From: an uncultured Methanomicrobiales archaeon
GTDB taxonomy: Archaea > Halobacteriota > Methanomicrobia > Methanomicrobiales > Methanospirillaceae
Length of the DNA stretch: 64,000 nucleotides
Assembly (NCBI GenBank): GCA_903828975.1
Contig: CAIKOD010000038.1
Location: forward strand, 3,187 to 67,186
Reading direction: 5' to 3'
Positions 59,395 through 64,000 of this stretch are shown piece by piece (position 1 is the first letter of the stretch; every line of letters starts with the position of its first letter). The translations under genes and the position numbers were made by a program. Below the pieces are notes generated by a model. It ran no database searches and was not told the origin of the DNA. It worked only from the letters and a program-made list of their open reading frames with translations.

Positions 59395-59757
59395 TCATCC
59401 CGATGGTTTCATGGGATCGTCGATGAACTCGAGGTTGAACCGGTAGAGGTGGGTAAACCCGCAATTCCTGCACCGGACCGTAAAATTCCTGCACCCGATC
59501 GTTACATCATGGGGGCCCTTCACCTTGCACTGCCTGCATAATGCCGCAGACACCAGGTTCCAGATATCATAGCATCCGGGCCTGACATAGTCCCCCTTTT
59601 TACTGATATCTTCAATAAGTGGGATATATGACCTCGTGGCCCCGCAATTGCCACAAACGACCTGTGCACCATTCGGGACTGCGGTGATGATCTGGCCGGT
59701 GTCCTCATGGCAGTGGTAGCAGGTAGTCCGGTGTTGCAGCGTGATGAAATCTTCCAT
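59395..59757 (-). CDS. Hypothetical Cys-rich (4x CxxC) zinc-finger protein
   Basis: CYHC, CGNCG, CRQCK and CRNCG pairs in 120 aa. Confidence 0.5.
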   Translation of the reverse strand: MEDFITLQHRTTCYHCHEDTGQIITAVPNGAQVVCGNCGATRSYIPLIEDISKKGDYVRPGCYDIWNLVSAALCRQCKVKGPHDVTIGCRNFTVRCRNCGFTHLYRFNLEFIDDPMKPSG

Positions 59758-59960
59758 GTATCATACTCACGAGCGGGACCAGATAAAGGATTGTGAGGTT
59801 GAAGAGAAGACCTGCCTGAGGAAAAAACCTTGTGTGCTGGGAGATCGGCCAGTGGCAGCCCTCTCTTTTCCTGGACCCCCTGTAACTATATGAAGGCACG
59901 GCCCCGCAACCAAAAAATGGTGATGCACCGGAGATACGGATGTCAATAACCGTTAACGGA

Positions 59961-60485
59961 TTACCATCCCGGACCGGTTAGATTTTTCACGAGAGCCTCT
60001 CCAAACTCTTCTGATGCCAACGGACCGTTGGCCGTAATGACCCGCCCATCGGTGACAACAGGGTCCTTTACCAGGACGGCACCACCTTTTTTCATCTCGA
60101 AATCGGAAGCGGTGCTCTCAAAATATGTAGACTTTTTACCCTTCAGTACCCCTGCACGGGCGAGAACGACAGGGGCAAGACAGATCGCGGCGATAACTTT
60201 CCCCGATCTCTGGAAAAATTTTACCAGGTGAACAAGCACCTGATCATTCCAGAGATGGACCTGTGAGCCTGACCCGCCAACAATAACAAGACCGTCATAT
60301 TGTTCCGGATCTACCTCCTCAAACGACAGGGTGGCGGTTGCCCTTGCCCCGAGCATCCCGGTACAGGCCCCCCTCCGGGTGGAAGCGATATCAATTGCAA
60401 TTCCTGCCTTTTGAAGCGCAGCGACAGGTCCGGCGAGCTCCTCGTCCCGGAATTTTTCGGGTGCAATGGCGATCAGGATCTTCAT
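59961..60485 (-). CDS. DJ-1/PfpI-family protein
   Basis: The nucleophile elbow AAICLAP and GLVIVGGSG are present. 174 aa. Confidence 0.85.
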   Translation of the reverse strand: MKILIAIAPEKFRDEELAGPVAALQKAGIAIDIASTRRGACTGMLGARATATLSFEEVDPEQYDGLVIVGGSGSQVHLWNDQVLVHLVKFFQRSGKVIAAICLAPVVLARAGVLKGKKSTYFESTASDFEMKKGGAVLVKDPVVTDGRVITANGPLASEEFGEALVKNLTGPGW

Positions 60486-60535
60486 ATATTCGAGATCTCC
60501 CCGTTATTATTTGGATATTACGGAGTTGGCATGTT

Positions 60536-61309
60536 TTAGTGGATCCTGGTGCAGGTGCTGGGACTTCGAAGCACCTTGGCGCGGAAACAGGTGTGGTACG
60601 GGGTCCGGATGAATGGAGCCCTTATGTTATTAAAAAAAATTAACCTGTTTTGTGAACCTTTTTTTTTCTTAATCTCATGAGATTTGGTTTCTTTTAACCA
60701 CGCCAGCACAAAGTACAACGGTGCAGCGAGATAGATAATAATTCCCCATGGAATGAAGATTACCGCAAGAAGGATTGCAATCGAAGATAATACGGGGAAA
60801 ATTAACGCTTCATCACGGTTCTGGAGGAGGGCCTTCCTGTCAGTATTCGGATTTAGGCACGTAGTATCGTTAGCCAAATGGTTCCATTGGAATACAGACA
60901 AAAGCCCGATCACCAGGAGATTTATTTCGAAAATTATGGTTTCATGGGGGTTCAGGGGGACATCCCCTGCCAGGTTGGTTGAAAACGGAATTAATCCAAC
61001 AAATAGCAGGGTCGTAATAGTAAGAAAACTCATTGTTCTGTCCATTGAATGAATATGCTGTGATCTCAGGTGGTTGGACCACCAGAACCCTGCAAGCAGT
61101 ACGAATGCAATGATATAATGGATAAAATCCGGAAAGAGCTTGATTAGGATGGAATCTACACTACCTGATATGATACTGCCATTCAGTTCCGGAATATTCA
61201 GACCCGTAACCAGCAATGTCATTGCAATAGCAAAAACACCGTCGGTAAGCGTCTCAATACGGTTTTTTTGAAAGACCTTGCCCGTTTCTTTGTTTTCTGG
61301 GGTGTTCAT
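60536..61309 (-). CDS. TMEM175-family (DUF1211) putative potassium channel
   Basis: The signature RIETLTDGVFAIAMTLLV is present, with six TM segments. The last ~50 aa look non-homologous, so the 3' end is uncertain. Confidence 0.7.
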   Translation of the reverse strand: MNTPENKETGKVFQKNRIETLTDGVFAIAMTLLVTGLNIPELNGSIISGSVDSILIKLFPDFIHYIIAFVLLAGFWWSNHLRSQHIHSMDRTMSFLTITTLLFVGLIPFSTNLAGDVPLNPHETIIFEINLLVIGLLSVFQWNHLANDTTCLNPNTDRKALLQNRDEALIFPVLSSIAILLAVIFIPWGIIIYLAAPLYFVLAWLKETKSHEIKKKKGSQNRLIFFNNIRAPFIRTPYHTCFRAKVLRSPSTCTRIH

Positions 61310-61606
61310 AATTTCACGCTCTTGTCAGCAGTGGTGCCGGGAGATTTCTAAAGAATCCCAAGCCTGCATATGTCAAACATTGTAGACACATTGTATAGTA
61401 AAACGTACACTTCCGGCGATAAAACATTTCTGGTCTGATAAACTTCATCCATTGGACAATGAGTCTTTTCGGGCATTTCAATCTGGCAGAGTCAAATGAA
61501 ATTTGCTATTTCTCTGTCGTTGATGGTGATAAAAAATGAGCTTTCAGCGCTCTATTTATGAGCTGATACCAGGGGCTGATATTGGATCCGTCCCGGAGCC
61601 CCATTG

Positions 61607-64000
61607 TCATGCCTTTAAACGGGCTATCCCCTTTGGGACCACTATCTCAAATCGTGCACCCTTGCCCGGCTCGCCATTCTCGGTTATTGTTATACCGGTG
61701 ATCGCCAGGATCTCACGGGACAGATGGAGCCCGAATCCTGTGTGTGTCCCAAATCCGAGTTTGAAGAGGTGTTTTTTGTCTTCGGGGGAGACCCCTCTGC
61801 CATCATCCTCATATATGATCCTGGTTACACTGTTGGATTCATACGAAGAGACCCGGATCGTCTTCATCAGGTCACCACCGTAACTCAGTGAATTCTGGAT
61901 CAGGTTGTAAAATACCTTCTCGAACATCGGATCAGCGAACACTTCGACATCCCGTGGGTCATACAGGACCGTGATATCATTCATTGGCAATAATGTGGCT
62001 CCCCGTCGGACTGTATCATTCACACTCTGCCATGTGGGTACATTGATACCAAGGTTCTGGTAATCCCTCGTAAATGCAAGTTGTACCTCAATAACTCCCA
62101 CAATTTTTTTCTCTTTCTCAATGAATTCCATCATCTGACCGGGTGCATCAGTGCATTCAACGGACAGTTCGAGGTAGCCGTTGAGTGCAGTCAGCTGGTT
62201 CAGGATATCATGACGGGTGATATTATTCATCAGCTGGAGCTTCTGGTTGGACTTCTGAAGTGCCTCTTCCGCCCGCCGCCGCCTGATTACATTCCACAGG
62301 CCGTTCATCAGGAGGGTCAGCTCCCTGGCATCGTTATCATTATAGTCCGCCGGCTTATTACCTACCCCGGCCACCAGGACAATATGGGGGCCATCCAAAA
62401 CCGGGATGTTCATGTGCCGGGTGATATGGACGTGCCCCTCCGGGTGTCCCTTTTTGAGGGGGTTTGGAGCTGCATAATCGTTGGTAATCACCGGCCTCCT
62501 CTGCCGTACTGCCTCCCCCCATAAGCCGGTAGCCGAGACTTTGTACTCGATTGGCTTTTTACTGGTCGAACACTCCTTCATCGCGGTTTCTGACCAGGCG
62601 TACATTGTTAAGATGGATTCGTCGTCGCTGACAAACGCGAGGTACCCGACTGTACTATCCGTCATCCGTACACCTTCCTCAATTGCATAGATTAAGAGGT
62701 CTTTTTGGGAATCTTCGTTCATCTGGTAAAATTTTAACAGTATCTCCAGGCGGGCTTCCTCGCGTTGTAATGCCCTCCGCGATTGTTCAAGAGCTATTTC
62801 GGTGTTTTTACGCTCGGTAACATCCCTGCCTACCGACTGGTACTCCTTTACCCTGCCAGCCTCGTCAAAAATTGCCCGGTCAGACCACTGCTGCCAGCGG
62901 ACCTCCCCATCCTGCATCAGGATAGCATGTTCAATCGTGCCAACAGGATGGGAAATAGTAAGCGAGGAAAGGAATTTCCGCATTCCTGCCCTGTCTTTCT
63001 CCGGCATATCCGGTATAAATCTCCTGCCGATAAGGTCCTCTCTTTTAATTCCGAAATACCTGCAGTACGCGTCATTCGCAAAAATATGGGTCCCGTCAGG
63101 AAGAAAACGTGAGATTAGTTCGGTTTGATCTTCAACGACATTCCGGTACCGTGTTTCACTCTCCTTCAGTGCCACCTCGATTTTTTTCTGATCGGTGAAA
63201 TCCCTGCCTACCGACTGGTATTCTACCAGAGTTCCCTGGTCGTCAAAAATTGCCCGGTCGCTCCAGCGTTGCCACCTTACCTGTCCATCGTCCATGATGA
63301 TACGGTGGGTAACCGTTGCTACGGGGTTATCCCGGGTTAATGAGTTAAAATGCTCCCGCACCAGTTTTTTATCTGCTGCAGGGATCCGCGGTAAAAATTT
63401 TTCACGTATGATATCCTGTCTTTTCCTGTTGAAATACCGGCAATATGCATCGTTAACAAAGACATGTGTACCGTTTGGTGAAAACCGGCAGATAAATTCC
63501 TTCTGTTCTTCGACCACGTTCCTGTACTGCTGCTCACTGGCCTCCAGTGCAATTTCCACGGTTTTTCGTTCGGTAATATCCCGTATTGATTCAATGGCGC
63601 CCTCCACGTCCCCCTTATTGTCATACAGGATCGAAGCCTTGCCGAGGAGAATTTTTTTGGTACCAAGTGGATGTGGCAGGGAGGTCTCCGCGATGAGAAC
63701 ATCTCCCTCTTTTTTGATAATCGAATAATAACGTGAGGTCAGCTCTTCATCAGATTTGAAAACCAGGTCTATCAGGATAGGACGGCGTTCTCCATAGAAA
63801 GGGACCGCGTACTCATAATTACCCTTCCCAATCATTTCTTCAGCCGGGACACCGGTCATCTCCTCGATCGCCCTGTTCCACGCAATAACAACCCCGTATT
63901 TATTAATTGCAAGCGTGGCATCGGGCAGGAAATTAATGATATCTGCCATCCGCTGTTTTGATTCATCCAGCTGGTCCTCAGTACGTTTTTTATCAACCGC
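61607..64000 (-). CDS. Multi-PAS / GAF histidine kinase (5' end outside window; probably has an N-terminal receiver domain)
   Basis: The frame stays open upstream of the M at 63949 to the window edge (..KKRTEDQLDESKQRMADIINFLPDAT). It has PAS x3-4, a GAF-like region, H-box ITRHDILNQL, N-box NLIQNSLSYG, and G-boxes EDDGRGV and HTGFGLHLSREIL. Confidence 0.9.
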   Translation of the reverse strand, partial: AVDKKRTEDQLDESKQRMADIINFLPDATLAINKYGVVIAWNRAIEEMTGVPAEEMIGKGNYEYAVPFYGERRPILIDLVFKSDEELTSRYYSIIKKEGDVLIAETSLPHPLGTKKILLGKASILYDNKGDVEGAIESIRDITERKTVEIALEASEQQYRNVVEEQKEFICRFSPNGTHVFVNDAYCRYFNRKRQDIIREKFLPRIPAADKKLVREHFNSLTRDNPVATVTHRIIMDDGQVRWQRWSDRAIFDDQGTLVEYQSVGRDFTDQKKIEVALKESETRYRNVVEDQTELISRFLPDGTHIFANDAYCRYFGIKREDLIGRRFIPDMPEKDRAGMRKFLSSLTISHPVGTIEHAILMQDGEVRWQQWSDRAIFDEAGRVKEYQSVGRDVTERKNTEIALEQSRRALQREEARLEILLKFYQMNEDSQKDLLIYAIEEGVRMTDSTVGYLAFVSDDESILTMYAWSETAMKECSTSKKPIEYKVSATGLWGEAVRQRRPVITNDYAAPNPLKKGHPEGHVHITRHMNIPVLDGPHIVLVAGVGNKPADYNDNDARELTLLMNGLWNVIRRRRAEEALQKSNQKLQLMNNITRHDILNQLTALNGYLELSVECTDAPGQMMEFIEKEKKIVGVIEVQLAFTRDYQNLGINVPTWQSVNDTVRRGATLLPMNDITVLYDPRDVEVFADPMFEKVFYNLIQNSLSYGGDLMKTIRVSSYESNSVTRIIYEDDGRGVSPEDKKHLFKLGFGTHTGFGLHLSREILAITGITITENGEPGKGARFEIVVPKGIARLKA

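Noticed and set aside
1-64000. Search for tRNA, rRNA, RNase P or SRP RNA and CRISPR repeats
   Set aside because: Reading the intergenic regions, I saw no cloverleaf-like GC-rich 70-90-nt segment, no rRNA-like stretch and no short regularly spaced repeats. A proper tRNAscan/Infernal run would be needed to be certain.

Overview
This 64-kb chromosomal window looks like a Methanomicrobiales-type methanogenic archaeon. That assignment is an inference from a PGF-CTERM S-layer glycoprotein and a paralogue, an archaeal SepF, and PAS-rich histidine kinases sharing an RHDI(L/N)NQL H-box. I found no rRNA, tRNA or CRISPR array.

Gene content in order:
- An A+T-rich accessory island (about 1-3370) holds two toxin-antitoxin pairs, two copies of a repeat unit with about 200-bp TIR-bounded cores, and a transposase relic.
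- An argC-CBS-argJ-argB cluster, followed by a thioredoxin-CcdA fusion.
- A 986-aa receiver-like coiled-coil protein next to a 921-aa S-layer glycoprotein.
- Two MFS (DHA2) exporters and two ABC-2 exporters, one with a PadR regulator.
- Assorted redox proteins, including a frameshifted flavoprotein gene.
- Four PAS histidine kinases, one of which has lost the phospho-accepting His.
- A PEGA protein, SepF and a beta-propeller protein.
- A PrpE-type acyl-CoA ligase and a threonine dehydratase.

The most striking structure not explained by genes is a dense family of intergenic MITE-like elements. There are about 10 copies or fragments, roughly 260 nt (short form) or 360-425 nt (long form). Their terminal inverted repeats are GGCTYTGTWGAAA. 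Three copies have perfect 8-bp target-site duplications and a fourth matches 7 of 8. The long form carries a two-hairpin module that sits just inside the host TIR, and in different copies it sits at opposite ends.

All functional calls rest on motif recognition by eye. No database search was run.
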